DNA of 54,558 nucleotides from an uncultured Gammaproteobacteria bacterium (GCA_964449585.1 CAYUZE010000003.1:76385-130942), one strand, 5' to 3'. Numbered from the stretch's first letter, positions 1 to 10,218 are shown. Notes: generated from the letters alone by a model not told the origin. Made by a program: numbers and translations.

Positions 1-7
1 TAAAATT

Positions 8-1990
8 ATGCCAATGCGAAGAGAATATTATTCAGATTCGATAGCAAATTTTCTTAATACATCACCTTTGGAGATTTTGGGCGTACTCGTGAAAAGTAAC
101 GACTTTGCGTTGGAACAATCGCAAAGAGATGCGTGGATAGAAGAAGTAGAGATACTTCAAAAAGTATTATCTTCGTATAAAGGATCAATATATTTTGAGT
201 ATTCAATTCCGCGCATGGGCAAGCGAATTGATGTTGTTGTTATTACTGGTTCAACCATTTTTATCCTTGAATTTAAAGTTGGCGAAACTGAATTTTCATC
301 ATATGCAACAGATCAAGTTTGGGATTATGCGCTTGATTTAAAAAATTTCCATGAACCAAGTCATGAACTTTTTATAGCTCCCATTTTAATTGCTACAAAG
401 GCAAAAAATATATTAACAACAATCTCAATATCACCGCATAACGATAAAGTACTCTTTCCTATATGGTGTAATGCAGACCTGTTAAATCAGGTAATTGCAG
501 AAGTACTCATATTTACAGAAGGTAACGTTATCGATCCCATTCGGTGGGAGTCTGGAAGGTATCATCCAACTCCTACTATTATTGAAGCGGCAATGGCCTT
601 GTATAACGGACATTCAGTGAGTGAAATATCTCGAAGCGATGCAAGCGCTATCAATCTGAGTAATACAACTAAAGCTGTCTCAGATATAATTCGATTATCA
701 AGACAAAATTCATATAAATCTATATGCTTTGTAACAGGCGTGCCTGGTGCTGGAAAAACTTTAGTTGGCCTTAATATCGCAACCAAGCATATTGATAAGA
801 GCAGTGATCTTTATAGTGTCTTTCTTTCTGGCAACGGTCCACTTGTTGCCGTTCTTCGTGAAGCACTAGCTCGAGATAAAGTACGACATGAAAAAGATCG
901 CGGAAATAGAATCAAGAAAAGTGAGGCAATGAGCGATGTTAAAATGTTTATTCAAAATGTTCATAATTTTCGCGATGAATGTCTTATTGATTTGGTAAAG
1001 CCCCCTATTGAACATGTGGCTATATTCGACGAAGCACAGCGAGCATGGGATTTGCACCAAACAGCAAATTTTATGCGGCGGAAAAAAAATACTCCAAATT
1101 TTAATAAGTCTGAACCCGAATTCTTGATTTCTTGTCTTGATCGTCATCCAGATTGGGCAGTTGTTGTTTGTCTCGTTGGTGGAGGGCAAGAAATAAATAC
1201 CGGTGAAGCAGGAATTAGTGAATGGATTGAGGCATTAAATCGATCATATCCTAATTGGCATATTTACATATCATCTCGCCTTACTGATAGTGAATATGGA
1301 GCAGAAAGGGTTTTAGAAAGTATCAAAGATCATTCAAATCTTGTAAATAATAATGATCTACATCTTTCAGTCTCAATGCGTTCATTTCGCGCCGAACATA
1401 TTTCACTATTAGTTAAACAATTGCTTGATCTAAAGCTACATGAAGCACAAAAAACATTGAAAAATGTGAATAACAAATACCCAATTGTGATAACTCGTGA
1501 TTATAACAAAGCAAAACAATGGCTAAAAAATCACGCACGAGGTTCAGAAAGATATGGTGTTATAGTTTCTTCTCAAGCCCAACGACTCAAGCCTCACGCA
1601 ATAGATATAAAATCACCAGTTGATCCAATACATTGGTTTCTTGACGGAAAAGAAGATGTGCGTTCTTCATATTACCTCGAAGATGTTGTTACAGAATTTC
1701 AAATACAAGGTTTAGAACTTGATTGGGCTTGTGTTACTTGGGATGCCGATTTTCGTTATTCCAAAAATGGTTGGGAACATTTTTCCTTTGTAGGAAGTCA
1801 TTGGAATCACATAAAGAAATTGGAACGACAATTATATCTAAAGAATGCTTATCGTGTTCTTCTTACTCGTGCACGACAAGGTATGATTATAGTAATTCCA
1901 AAAGGTGATGAAATTGATCCTACGCGAAAGAAGGAATATTATGATTCAACATTTGAGTATCTACGAGAGATAGGTTTTTCTATTATTTAG
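8..1990 (+). CDS. DUF2075 / Schlafen-group-3-like helicase with an N-terminal PD-(D/E)XK-like nuclease domain
   Basis: Walker A GVPGAGKT, Walker B IFDEAQR, C-terminal [13 protein letters not shown]; N-terminal IDVVV...ILEFK; visibly AT-richer than the rest of the window. Confidence 0.8.
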   Translation: MPMRREYYSDSIANFLNTSPLEILGVLVKSNDFALEQSQRDAWIEEVEILQKVLSSYKGSIYFEYSIPRMGKRIDVVVITGSTIFILEFKVGETEFSSYATDQVWDYALDLKNFHEPSHELFIAPILIATKAKNILTTISISPHNDKVLFPIWCNADLLNQVIAEVLIFTEGNVIDPIRWESGRYHPTPTIIEAAMALYNGHSVSEISRSDASAINLSNTTKAVSDIIRLSRQNSYKSICFVTGVPGAGKTLVGLNIATKHIDKSSDLYSVFLSGNGPLVAVLREALARDKVRHEKDRGNRIKKSEAMSDVKMFIQNVHNFRDECLIDLVKPPIEHVAIFDEAQRAWDLHQTANFMRRKKNTPNFNKSEPEFLISCLDRHPDWAVVVCLVGGGQEINTGEAGISEWIEALNRSYPNWHIYISSRLTDSEYGAERVLESIKDHSNLVNNNDLHLSVSMRSFRAEHISLLVKQLLDLKLHEAQKTLKNVNNKYPIVITRDYNKAKQWLKNHARGSERYGVIVSSQAQRLKPHAIDIKSPVDPIHWFLDGKEDVRSSYYLEDVVTEFQIQGLELDWACVTWDADFRYSKNGWEHFSFVGSHWNHIKKLERQLYLKNAYRVLLTRARQGMIIVIPKGDEIDPTRKKEYYDSTFEYLREIGFSII

Positions 1991-2018
1991 TATGTAGTTA
2001 GGAGTGGCTTTAGAGTTT

Positions 2019-2453
2019 ATGATCCTCCACAAAACCATCCTTATCCTCGAAGACGACCTACGGACATTATCAAAAATATTAGACAGGCTTTCCGTACTCG
2101 AAGACGATCAGCCCTATCAGTTCTCTACCGTCATTCTCACCAACTATCTTCAGGTTCAGCAGTACGTGAATGACAATCCGAAGGCTCGCTTTGACATGAT
2201 CCTCCTCGATCGCGACTGCAAACTCGGGGGATCGTTTCACGTCATCGACCTTGAACGGTTCGGCGCGGAGAAAGTGATTGCTATCTCCTCCGTTCCCAAA
2301 TGGAACAAAGAAGCCAAAAAGCGGGGAGTGACCGTTGTGGTTGAGAAGGACTACAAAAATCGTGACGCGTTTGCAGATATACTGCTTGCCGAGGTGGCAA
2401 AGATGCTCAAGAACATGCCGCCCAAAGATAGCGACTTTCATCAGATTACGTGA
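2019..2453 (+). CDS. Stand-alone response-regulator receiver (REC)-like protein
   Basis: ILILEDD acidic pocket, ILLDRD phospho-Asp position, IAISS, conserved Lys in VVEKD; start is ATG 2019 or GTG 2004. Confidence 0.6.
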   Translation: MILHKTILILEDDLRTLSKILDRLSVLEDDQPYQFSTVILTNYLQVQQYVNDNPKARFDMILLDRDCKLGGSFHVIDLERFGAEKVIAISSVPKWNKEAKKRGVTVVVEKDYKNRDAFADILLAEVAKMLKNMPPKDSDFHQIT

Positions 2454-2498
2454 TCCGGTGCTATACTACTCTCATACATTTCGTTCTGCTCCGGTACT

Positions 2499-4133
2499 AT
2501 GCAATCATCCGCTTTCGGGAACAACAGACGTAATCGGAGTGCATTCCACTTCGGCGTATTCAGTAGGGTGATTAAGTCGGTGTTTCATCCCTTTCCCGTT
2601 CTTGTAGTACATGGGGTTATCATCTACGGACTCGCATGGGCGGGTACGGGCGGGTTCACCCATCTTGCGCTAAAGTCCTCGTTTTCATCAGGCAATACGC
2701 CGCCTACGGATATGGCGATTATTTATACGATATTCGGATATCTGTCGGTAGGACTGACATTAATCATCCGTCGACTGACGCGAAACATTCATGTAGTTGT
2801 CGGCGTTGCCCTACTGCTGGTAATCGCGGCGTGGGGGTGGTATCCCTTGGTGGTGCGCACGGGCGATATATCAACGGCGATACAATTGTTGGGGATGCTT
2901 CTGCGGTTGGAAATTGCGGCGGCATCATCGCTTGCGTCGGTAGTAGCGATCCTTACCTATTTAGGTTCCCGTAACCCCGAGCCGTTGGCTCCCGATGTTC
3001 ATGCAATACCGCGTGCATTTATTGCAATGAAAAAATTTCTTAGGAGTCGTGATGCATTGGCATGGGCACTGTTTCTCCTTTTTCTTGTTCAGTCTGCAGG
3101 AACCGTTATTCTATGGATGCGTTTGGGATTTGTGGAGCGAAAGCTCGGCGGATTGACGGTACTTGCATGCGATGAATCGAGGATTATTCCCGAAGTGAAA
3201 AAAGCGACGGTCCGCATCGCGGGTGAATTTGGTGAGGGCACGGGGATGATCGTGCGCGAAGATGGGCTGGTGCTTACCAACGCGCATGTCGTCGAGAGCG
3301 AAGTATCACCCAAGGTGATTATGCCCGACTATGTACTTCGTACGGCGGAAGTGGTGTTATTGGAAAAAGAAGCGGATATTGCCCTCCTCCGATTGGAGAA
3401 AGGAATATATCCCACCGTGGCATTGGGTGAGTCGAAATCCATGCGGCAGTTCACTCCGCTGTATGTGGTCGGTTTTCCGTTGGGTACGGATTTGCGCGGC
3501 GATGCGACGGTTTCCATAGGAAGATACATAACGACGCGCACAATGCGGGGCACGCCCGTCGATTATCTTCAGTATGACGGCGCCATAAACCCCGGAAACA
3601 GCGGCGGTCCCGTCGTTACTTCGTGCGGAGATGTTGTCGGCATGGCGACCGCAGGTTCTCCGGGACTTGGGTTAGCAATCACCGCGGAATCCGTCCGAAA
3701 ATTTATCGATGGAACATTGGAGTCCGAGGAAACGTTGCCTCGGGTGAACGCGCCCGAGCTGGATCCCGACAGGAGCGCAAAAGATGCGGTTACGGCGTTT
3801 TACACTTATATCAAACAACGGCAGTTTGATCGCGCCTATGCGATGGTGTCGAAGGAACGCACCAAAGATATACCGTTTTCCGTGTGGAACCAAGGATACA
3901 AGGAAACACTGGATGTGAGTCTTGTATCGGTCGAGGAGAGTGAGAATAGCCCGGGACATATATTTGTCAAAATTCGTTCGCTTGATCTGGTGGGAGAAGA
4001 TATCGTCGATAAATATTTTGAGGGTGAATGGCAGGTCGTTCAAGAAAATGGCGTATTAAAACTCGGGCAATCAAATATGAAAGAAGTCAAAGATCCTTCG
4101 TGGCTATGGTTTCTATCGGAGGATGAAGAGTAA
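2499..4133 (+). CDS. Multi-pass membrane-anchored trypsin-like (S1C/HtrA-like) serine protease without PDZ
   Basis: Catalytic triad LTNAHVV / DIALL / GNSGGP; several N-terminal hydrophobic segments; TGcTATACT at 2459-2467 upstream. Confidence 0.8.
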   Translation: MQSSAFGNNRRNRSAFHFGVFSRVIKSVFHPFPVLVVHGVIIYGLAWAGTGGFTHLALKSSFSSGNTPPTDMAIIYTIFGYLSVGLTLIIRRLTRNIHVVVGVALLLVIAAWGWYPLVVRTGDISTAIQLLGMLLRLEIAAASSLASVVAILTYLGSRNPEPLAPDVHAIPRAFIAMKKFLRSRDALAWALFLLFLVQSAGTVILWMRLGFVERKLGGLTVLACDESRIIPEVKKATVRIAGEFGEGTGMIVREDGLVLTNAHVVESEVSPKVIMPDYVLRTAEVVLLEKEADIALLRLEKGIYPTVALGESKSMRQFTPLYVVGFPLGTDLRGDATVSIGRYITTRTMRGTPVDYLQYDGAINPGNSGGPVVTSCGDVVGMATAGSPGLGLAITAESVRKFIDGTLESEETLPRVNAPELDPDRSAKDAVTAFYTYIKQRQFDRAYAMVSKERTKDIPFSVWNQGYKETLDVSLVSVEESENSPGHIFVKIRSLDLVGEDIVDKYFEGEWQVVQENGVLKLGQSNMKEVKDPSWLWFLSEDEE

Positions 4134-4151
4134 TGTCTGCCGTTCGTTACG

Positions 4152-4706
4152 CTAGCGATACAACTCGATACGAAACACTACAGTGCGATCCATGAATCGG
4201 TGTACCGCGCGGAGAACTTCCACCGTGACATACACGACGGGGATGCCTACCAACATCCCGCCCAACCATAGAGCCGTTTCCGATACCCAAAACTTCATGC
4301 CCGCAATCGTCAGCGGGTGAATGACAAAGGTTTCATCGGCGGCAAACATATCGGCATTAAACATATGATCAAGCCAAAATACCCCGATACCCAGTAGTCC
4401 GTACACCATAGCGATGACGATGCTCGGAATCGGGTGCTGTTTTTTGTAGCGCTCAATCGGCTGTCTGATACGGGTATCAATCCTGTTTGCCGCCCATGCT
4501 ATCGGCAACATCGCAAATGACACTACGACTTCAAGTCCCGCACCGAGGATAGCAAGCACTGCGTTAATAAACGGAGTAAGGAGATTATTCAGAAATGCCC
4601 AGGTTAATATTCCGCCCAGGGTGAATAGATATAGCACAAGCAGGTATGGGTGGGGAAACATGGTGACCAGATACGTCCACATAGCAGTCATAGGCATGGC
4701 GATCAT
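4152..4706 (-). CDS. Hypothetical integral membrane protein
   Basis: About 4 hydrophobic helices in the 196-aa ORF; start uncertain (ATG at 4706 chosen). Confidence 0.55.
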   Translation of the reverse strand: MIAMPMTAMWTYLVTMFPHPYLLVLYLFTLGGILTWAFLNNLLTPFINAVLAILGAGLEVVVSFAMLPIAWAANRIDTRIRQPIERYKKQHPIPSIVIAMVYGLLGIGVFWLDHMFNADMFAADETFVIHPLTIAGMKFWVSETALWLGGMLVGIPVVYVTVEVLRAVHRFMDRTVVFRIELYR

Positions 4707-4788
4707 AATCCCATAGTACTCCTTCAATTGTAGGGTACGCAAAATTTTGCTGAAGCATATATTTGCGCGGATTCTTTATAATACGGAT

Positions 4789-5631
4789 ATGAAGATCGAC
4801 GTCGCCAAACAAAAGATACTGCTTCTTAACGATCAGGTGACCCGTGATGTTGCGGAGAAAAAAGCCTGGGAGAAGAAAACAAGTGCGTTTGATGCGTTAA
4901 GTAAAGTTACGGGATTTTTCTCCCGACCCAAGGACGATGATTTTGAACTCACCTACAGCGAGCATCGGTATCAGCCGTTTTGGCATGTGGCGGCGAATGC
5001 CCGTTATGTCTATGACCGCAATACAATGTATCAAATCAGTGTCGGGGGTAAAGAAGTGCGGTCGGTAACGCTTCTTGATGCCGACTATCAGGAAACCAAC
5101 GGACATATCCATATCCCCGTAGTGGAACACTGCGTGCAGGAAGAGCATGAGGAAGTCTATGTGGACGGGGTAAGCGGCAAACAGGAAGCCGACCTTTCGG
5201 GGTATGTAAAAAAATCCGCCGAAGAAGTGAAGGGAAAAATAGAAAAACTGGTGGAAAAAGACGCCATTGTAGTTCCTCCCCAGGCGAGAGTCTCGGCCAT
5301 CATGCGCGATGCGCTTTCAAAAATGATCAAGGGTATCCAGGCGGACAAAATACTCGAGGAACATGTGGAAGTGACGACGGTCAATCTGTATTATCGACCC
5401 GTCTATGCGTTCCAATATCATTGGAAAAGCAAAGGCAAAGACGGCATTGTGGAAATAGACGGTATTACGGGTAACGTGTCCTCGGGAAGCAGAATATTCC
5501 GTGAATATTTGGGCAAGGTGCTCGATACGGATTTTCTGTTTGATATCGGTGCCGATGCCGCGGGCATGTTTATTCCCGGCGGCAGTATCGCCGTCAAAGC
5601 CGCGCGCAAATACATGGCGACGAAAAAATAA
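4789..5631 (+). CDS. Hypothetical protein
   Basis: Long ORF; TATAAT at 4777-4782 lies 6 nt before ATG 4789; YxPxW/Y motif twice, plus a C-terminal Gly/Ala-rich helix. Confidence 0.7.
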   Translation: MKIDVAKQKILLLNDQVTRDVAEKKAWEKKTSAFDALSKVTGFFSRPKDDDFELTYSEHRYQPFWHVAANARYVYDRNTMYQISVGGKEVRSVTLLDADYQETNGHIHIPVVEHCVQEEHEEVYVDGVSGKQEADLSGYVKKSAEEVKGKIEKLVEKDAIVVPPQARVSAIMRDALSKMIKGIQADKILEEHVEVTTVNLYYRPVYAFQYHWKSKGKDGIVEIDGITGNVSSGSRIFREYLGKVLDTDFLFDIGADAAGMFIPGGSIAVKAARKYMATKK

Positions 5632-5706
5632 TATGCTCCTCGGTGAAGTGATGCGCGTATTTTTTTAATTCTGATATCCCCGTGTGCTAAAATCATGTCT
5701 TCGTTT

Positions 5707-6054
5707 ATGGGAAAAAGACCGCACAGATTTCCGTTGCGTATGCAGGATATCGGCTTTGATATGCCGTTTTTTCGCCGTGCATACGATGGTGTCGCGAGTC
5801 TCCGGGAGGCAGGGTTGCATCGCGTCAGGCTGCATGATCGTCGGGTGTCGCTTACTTCGTATTATGCCGCGTACGAAGGAAGAAGATCGTTTAACATCAC
5901 CATCCATGATACGGAAGTAAACGATGTCGTTCGGGTGATGGTTGGGCATCCCTGCGGGATCGTGAAGCTAAAGCATACAAACGGAAAAAACGAAGATCAG
6001 ACGTTCAGTATCGAAGACCTCCGCGAAATATCCGTTAGGTTTATCGAACGGTAA
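5707..6054 (+). CDS. Small hypothetical protein
   Basis: ORF fills the gap between neighbours; TGcTAAAAT at 5685-5693 favours the second ATG (5707). Confidence 0.45.
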   Translation: MGKRPHRFPLRMQDIGFDMPFFRRAYDGVASLREAGLHRVRLHDRRVSLTSYYAAYEGRRSFNITIHDTEVNDVVRVMVGHPCGIVKLKHTNGKNEDQTFSIEDLREISVRFIER

Positions 6055-6059
6055 GCTGC

Positions 6060-7292
6060 TTAGAGTACGAATTTTCCGTCTCTATAGATGGGTACGACGG
6101 TGCCGTCCGAAAGTTCCGCATCAATGTTTCTATCGGTTGTCATGATGATGTCGGTATGTACCGAACAATTCGGATCGTTAAACCCAAGTGCCTCCCATTG
6201 CTCGGGTGAAAGGGTTGCGGGATCACCGTCATAGGTATCTTTGTAGCTCATGCCGACGGCAAGATGCGAATTGCCGTACTTGCCGCCCATGTTTTCATCA
6301 AACAACGTGTTACACATCGGTCGGGTGATGCGGGACAACCGACTGTCCGTCATGGAAAATTCTCCGATGTAGTCGGCATTGGGCTGGGCAAGCATGGTAC
6401 GGAGAATGTGTTCGTTCGTGTCCGCGTTTGCCTCTGTTACCTTCCCATTTTTGAACGTTAATCGAATGTTTTCGATACGGACACCGTTATAGAACAACGG
6501 CTCATTAAAGGATACGTGTCCTTCCGTGTAGCGTTTGTCGGGGGACACGAACATTTCGTAACTCGGGATATTTCTGCCGCTTCCCGCCATCCATTTCCGT
6601 TTTTCTCCGAGCGTGATCCACAGATCGGTTCCATCAGCCGTCATATGCAGACGTTTGATCGGCATGCTTTGAAGGGTCTGACGAACGCGTTCAAGTTCGA
6701 CAAACGTTTTTTTCCAGCTTGCGATGGGATCGGGGTCATTCAAATAACAGGCATTGATGATCTGTTCCCAGTATTCTTCAAGACTCATGTCTGCTTCTTT
6801 GGCGTATTCTTCGGTTCCCCAAAAGGCAAGTGTCCAGGTGTATTTGCCGCGGGCTTCTTTGTCGTTTAACCATTCGCGCATGGGTTGGGCGGATTTGGCG
6901 CGGGCAAGAATTTTTGCGGGAGGTACTCCTTCCAGGCCGTGTGGCGACTCGAGCGGCAGGATAACGATACGGTGATCGATGGTATCGACGATCGCCTTAT
7001 TCCACTCCTTCGGAAAAAACATAAGTTGCTGGTCATTTGCCGTCATGTAGAAATCCTTCTCATATCCCATGGGGATATATTTGAGCATCGGATGCGCACC
7101 CGCTTTAAGGATCGCCGTTTGGAGTGCTCCGTACATGGGTTTTGCCCAGTCGGGGACGATACAATAGACCACTTGTCCCGGTTTTACCCCATCACCGTCA
7201 TTGAGCGCGAAGTTTACCAACACATCAGCATAGTTTCGGATAATTTTTTCCGACGGCTGAAAGGGTGGTTGTTTTGATGATTGTTTAGTCAT
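6060..7292 (-). CDS. Aminopeptidase, M29 family (AmpS/AmpT-like)
   Basis: GEFSMTD, TLFDENMGG, SHLAVG and SVHTDII metal-ligand motifs. Confidence 0.9.
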   Translation of the reverse strand: MTKQSSKQPPFQPSEKIIRNYADVLVNFALNDGDGVKPGQVVYCIVPDWAKPMYGALQTAILKAGAHPMLKYIPMGYEKDFYMTANDQQLMFFPKEWNKAIVDTIDHRIVILPLESPHGLEGVPPAKILARAKSAQPMREWLNDKEARGKYTWTLAFWGTEEYAKEADMSLEEYWEQIINACYLNDPDPIASWKKTFVELERVRQTLQSMPIKRLHMTADGTDLWITLGEKRKWMAGSGRNIPSYEMFVSPDKRYTEGHVSFNEPLFYNGVRIENIRLTFKNGKVTEANADTNEHILRTMLAQPNADYIGEFSMTDSRLSRITRPMCNTLFDENMGGKYGNSHLAVGMSYKDTYDGDPATLSPEQWEALGFNDPNCSVHTDIIMTTDRNIDAELSDGTVVPIYRDGKFVL

Positions 7293-7359
7293 AATAACTT
7301 TGTATTGTCGCATATATCTCTATAGTTTAGAAAGCCTTTCTGCTATAGTATGCCTTGCC

Positions 7360-8538
7360 ATGATTTCCAATATCGTTAAATGCAAAAACTGCGGTGCGGA
7401 TATCGAAATCACCGATGCGTTTGCGCATCAGGTCGAAGAAGAACTCACCCGAAAGCTTGAGAGCAAACACGCCCAAAACCTTGCCGATGCGGTAAAACTT
7501 GCCGAACAAAAAGCTTCCGATAAAGCGGCAAAAGATTTTCAACTCAAGCTTGAAGCGGCATCAGCCGATGCCCGTGAGGAAAAGGAAAGAAACAAAAAAC
7601 TCATGGATGACGTGTCCAAAATGACCGATGAGTTACGGGCGCTCCGGCGGAAAGACGAAGAACGTGAACTGGAGATGAAGAAAACGCTCGCCGACAATGA
7701 GGCAAAAATCAGAGACGAAGCCCGCAAAAAAGCGCTTGAGGAACATGAACTGAAGGACCTCGAAAACGAAAAACAAAAAGCCGATCTCAAGAAAAAAATT
7801 GAGGAACTCAATGCCAAATTACTCCAAGGATCGCAACAGACGCAAGGCGAAGTCATGGAACTGGAAATCGAAGAAATACTTCGCAAAGAATGCCCGCGTG
7901 ATGTGATCGAAGAAGTGAAAAAGGGACAACGCGGTGCGGATATCACCCAGCATGTTATCGACAAAAAAGGCAATGAATGCGGCATCATCCTGTGGGAATC
8001 GAAAAACGCCCAATGGTCCGACACGTGGGTTCCGAAGCTAAAAGACGATCAACGGATGGCGAAAGCGGATTTGGCGGTACTCGTCGTAACCAACATGCCC
8101 AAAAAACAGGAGAGTTTTTTCTACGACGGCGAAAACCGCATTTGGATATGCCCGAGAAAACAAGTGGTACCGTTGGCGCTTGCATTGAGTTGGGGGCTTA
8201 TTGCCGTCCGATTTGAACGCAATATCCAGGCGGGGAAGGATGAAAAAAAGGAAATACTGTACCAATACATCACGAGCATGGAATTCCGCCAGCGCATGGA
8301 AGCGATAAAAGAGTCATTCACCGGTATGCAGGACGAAATCGAAAAGGAAAAACGCTGGTTTGCTCAAAAATGGTCACGGCAGGAGAAGCAACTGCGAAAG
8401 GTAATTGACAATACGCACGGGTTATACGGTGATTTGGAAGGAGTGGTGGGAGCGCTTCCCGAACTTAAAGAGACAGCACCCACTCCGCTCCCGCAGGAAC
8501 CCGCGGCGTTGCCGCTGATTGAAGATAAGCCTTTTTAA
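7360..8538 (+). CDS. DUF2130 domain protein (zinc knuckle + coiled coil + restriction-endonuclease-like C-terminus)
   Basis: CKNCG, long coiled coil, SQQTQGEVMELEIE, GAD...ILWESKN, W..KLKDD. Confidence 0.85.
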   Translation: MISNIVKCKNCGADIEITDAFAHQVEEELTRKLESKHAQNLADAVKLAEQKASDKAAKDFQLKLEAASADAREEKERNKKLMDDVSKMTDELRALRRKDEERELEMKKTLADNEAKIRDEARKKALEEHELKDLENEKQKADLKKKIEELNAKLLQGSQQTQGEVMELEIEEILRKECPRDVIEEVKKGQRGADITQHVIDKKGNECGIILWESKNAQWSDTWVPKLKDDQRMAKADLAVLVVTNMPKKQESFFYDGENRIWICPRKQVVPLALALSWGLIAVRFERNIQAGKDEKKEILYQYITSMEFRQRMEAIKESFTGMQDEIEKEKRWFAQKWSRQEKQLRKVIDNTHGLYGDLEGVVGALPELKETAPTPLPQEPAALPLIEDKPF

Positions 8539-9083
8539 GCGTCTTCGGCATCGGGCGGTTCGGGCGGGAGAAATTCCTCGCCATTGTTCCCTTGACTGAC
8601 GGGATATTCACCCGGTTTCAACCACTGTACATAAGTGCAGCCGGTTGCCACTTTTTTCTCCCTGTCCCAACCGGAAGTAGAACATTTCTTCATCTTTTTT
8701 CCGGCGGCCGTTGTATAGAGGACGAGCGGTTTGCCGCATTCGGGACATGCTTCATCGAGCGGTTCGGTCGTGCCGTTGATCCATTCGACATAATCACACC
8801 CCTCAGCTTTTTTGGTTTCGCGGTTCCAGGTATTGGTTGAGCATTTCTTCATCTTTTTGCCGAAGCGGGTTACCACCATAACAAGCGGACTGCCGCATTT
8901 GGGGCACTTCTCGTCGAGCGCCTTCGGTTCGGGCACAATCCACTTCACAAAATCACAGCCCTCGTTTTTTTTGGTTTCGGGATTCCATCTTCCTGCCGTG
9001 CATCGCTGCATTTGCTTGCCGGATTTTGTTTCGACAACGGGACCCAACGGACTTCCACATTTCGGACAATTTGTATCTGTCAT
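8535..9083 (-). CDS. Stand-alone topoisomerase-type C4 zinc-ribbon repeat protein
   Basis: Three CPxCGxPL...C...C repeats. Confidence 0.85.
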   Translation of the reverse strand: MTDTNCPKCGSPLGPVVETKSGKQMQRCTAGRWNPETKKNEGCDFVKWIVPEPKALDEKCPKCGSPLVMVVTRFGKKMKKCSTNTWNRETKKAEGCDYVEWINGTTEPLDEACPECGKPLVLYTTAAGKKMKKCSTSGWDREKKVATGCTYVQWLKPGEYPVSQGNNGEEFLPPEPPDAEDA

Positions 9084-9161
9084 ATGAAAAAACTATAGCG
9101 GGAGTTTCGTCGCGACGCAAGGGCGGTTTTTCGTTACGGACGATGGTGCTATACTTTATCG

Positions 9162-9530
9162 GTGAACAATTCGATCCCTCTTTCCTCGCACATTCGCTTT
9201 GCCAAGCGACTGACGCAAGTCATGGATCTTCGGTATAGCCTTTTCGGCGTAAGGTTCGGTATTGACCCGTTACTCAATGTCGTTCCGGGGTTAGGCAATA
9301 CGCTTGCCGCCCTTACCTCGCTTTACCTGTTGTGGCTGGCAAGCAGGTTACATGTGCCGTCGTCGGTGTATGCCCGCATGCTATGGAACATATGCATCGA
9401 TTATGTGGCGGGGGTGGTGCCGTATATCGGTATCGTGTTTGATGTTTTTTATCGTGCCAATGCGAAAAACTTCGCGCTATTGGAAAAGTATTTTGATCCC
9501 GACATCATTGAAGGGGAAGTGATTGCGTAA
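9162..9530 (+). CDS. DUF4112 family membrane protein
   Basis: MD...FGIDPLLNVVPGLG...RMLWN..D...G.VP..G..FD....AN..N pattern; GTG start. Confidence 0.85.
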   Translation: MNNSIPLSSHIRFAKRLTQVMDLRYSLFGVRFGIDPLLNVVPGLGNTLAALTSLYLLWLASRLHVPSSVYARMLWNICIDYVAGVVPYIGIVFDVFYRANAKNFALLEKYFDPDIIEGEVIA

Positions 9531-9576
9531 TCCCTTAGTTACAACGCACTGCTTTTGTGTATAATAGAAATCCGCT

Positions 9577-10218
9577 ATGAAACAGTCATATATATGGGTA
9601 GCTATCGTAGGACTGGTTCTTGTCGCGGTAGCGCTTTATTTACGATTTTCCAGAAACACTGCTATGAATCAAAATACCCCTAACCCAACGCCGACCGCAG
9701 TTGCCGATGCGCGACCCATGCCTCCTTCCATGATGATTGATACCGATAAAAAATATATTGCTACCTTAAAAACCACGGCAGGTGATATCGTTATCGAACT
9801 TACCGCAAAGGAAACGCCTGTTACGGTCAATAACTTTGTCTCCCTTGCCAAAAAAGGGTTTTATAACGGGACGCCGTTTCATCGGGTGATTCCTTCCTTT
9901 ATGATTCAGGGAGGAGATCCTCGCGGCAACGGTACGGGTGGACCCGGATATACCTTCCCCGACGAACCGTTTAGCGGCACGTACACCAGAGGAACGGTAG
10001 CGATGGCAAATGCCGGTCCCGATACAAACGGCAGTCAATTTTTCATCATGCACGCGGATTACGATTTGTCTCCCGATTATGTGATTTTCGGAAAAGTCGT
10101 TGACGGCATGTCCGCCGTTGATGCAATCGCTACCGCACCAACCGTCCAAGACGGTCGGGAAAACTCCCGTCCCGTCACCCCGGTTACCGTCACATCGGTC
10201 GTTATCGACGAACGCTAA
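9577..10218 (+). CDS. Cyclophilin-type peptidyl-prolyl isomerase with N-terminal anchor/signal
   Basis: FHRVIPSFMIQGGDP, GTVAMANAGPDTNGSQFFI. Confidence 0.95.
   Translation: MKQSYIWVAIVGLVLVAVALYLRFSRNTAMNQNTPNPTPTAVADARPMPPSMMIDTDKKYIATLKTTAGDIVIELTAKETPVTVNNFVSLAKKGFYNGTPFHRVIPSFMIQGGDPRGNGTGGPGYTFPDEPFSGTYTRGTVAMANAGPDTNGSQFFIMHADYDLSPDYVIFGKVVDGMSAVDAIATAPTVQDGRENSRPVTPVTVTSVVIDER

Noticed and set aside
8600-9060. Recurring DNA words such as catttcttcatctttt
   Set aside because: Explained by the three protein-level zinc-ribbon repeats; not an array or mobile element
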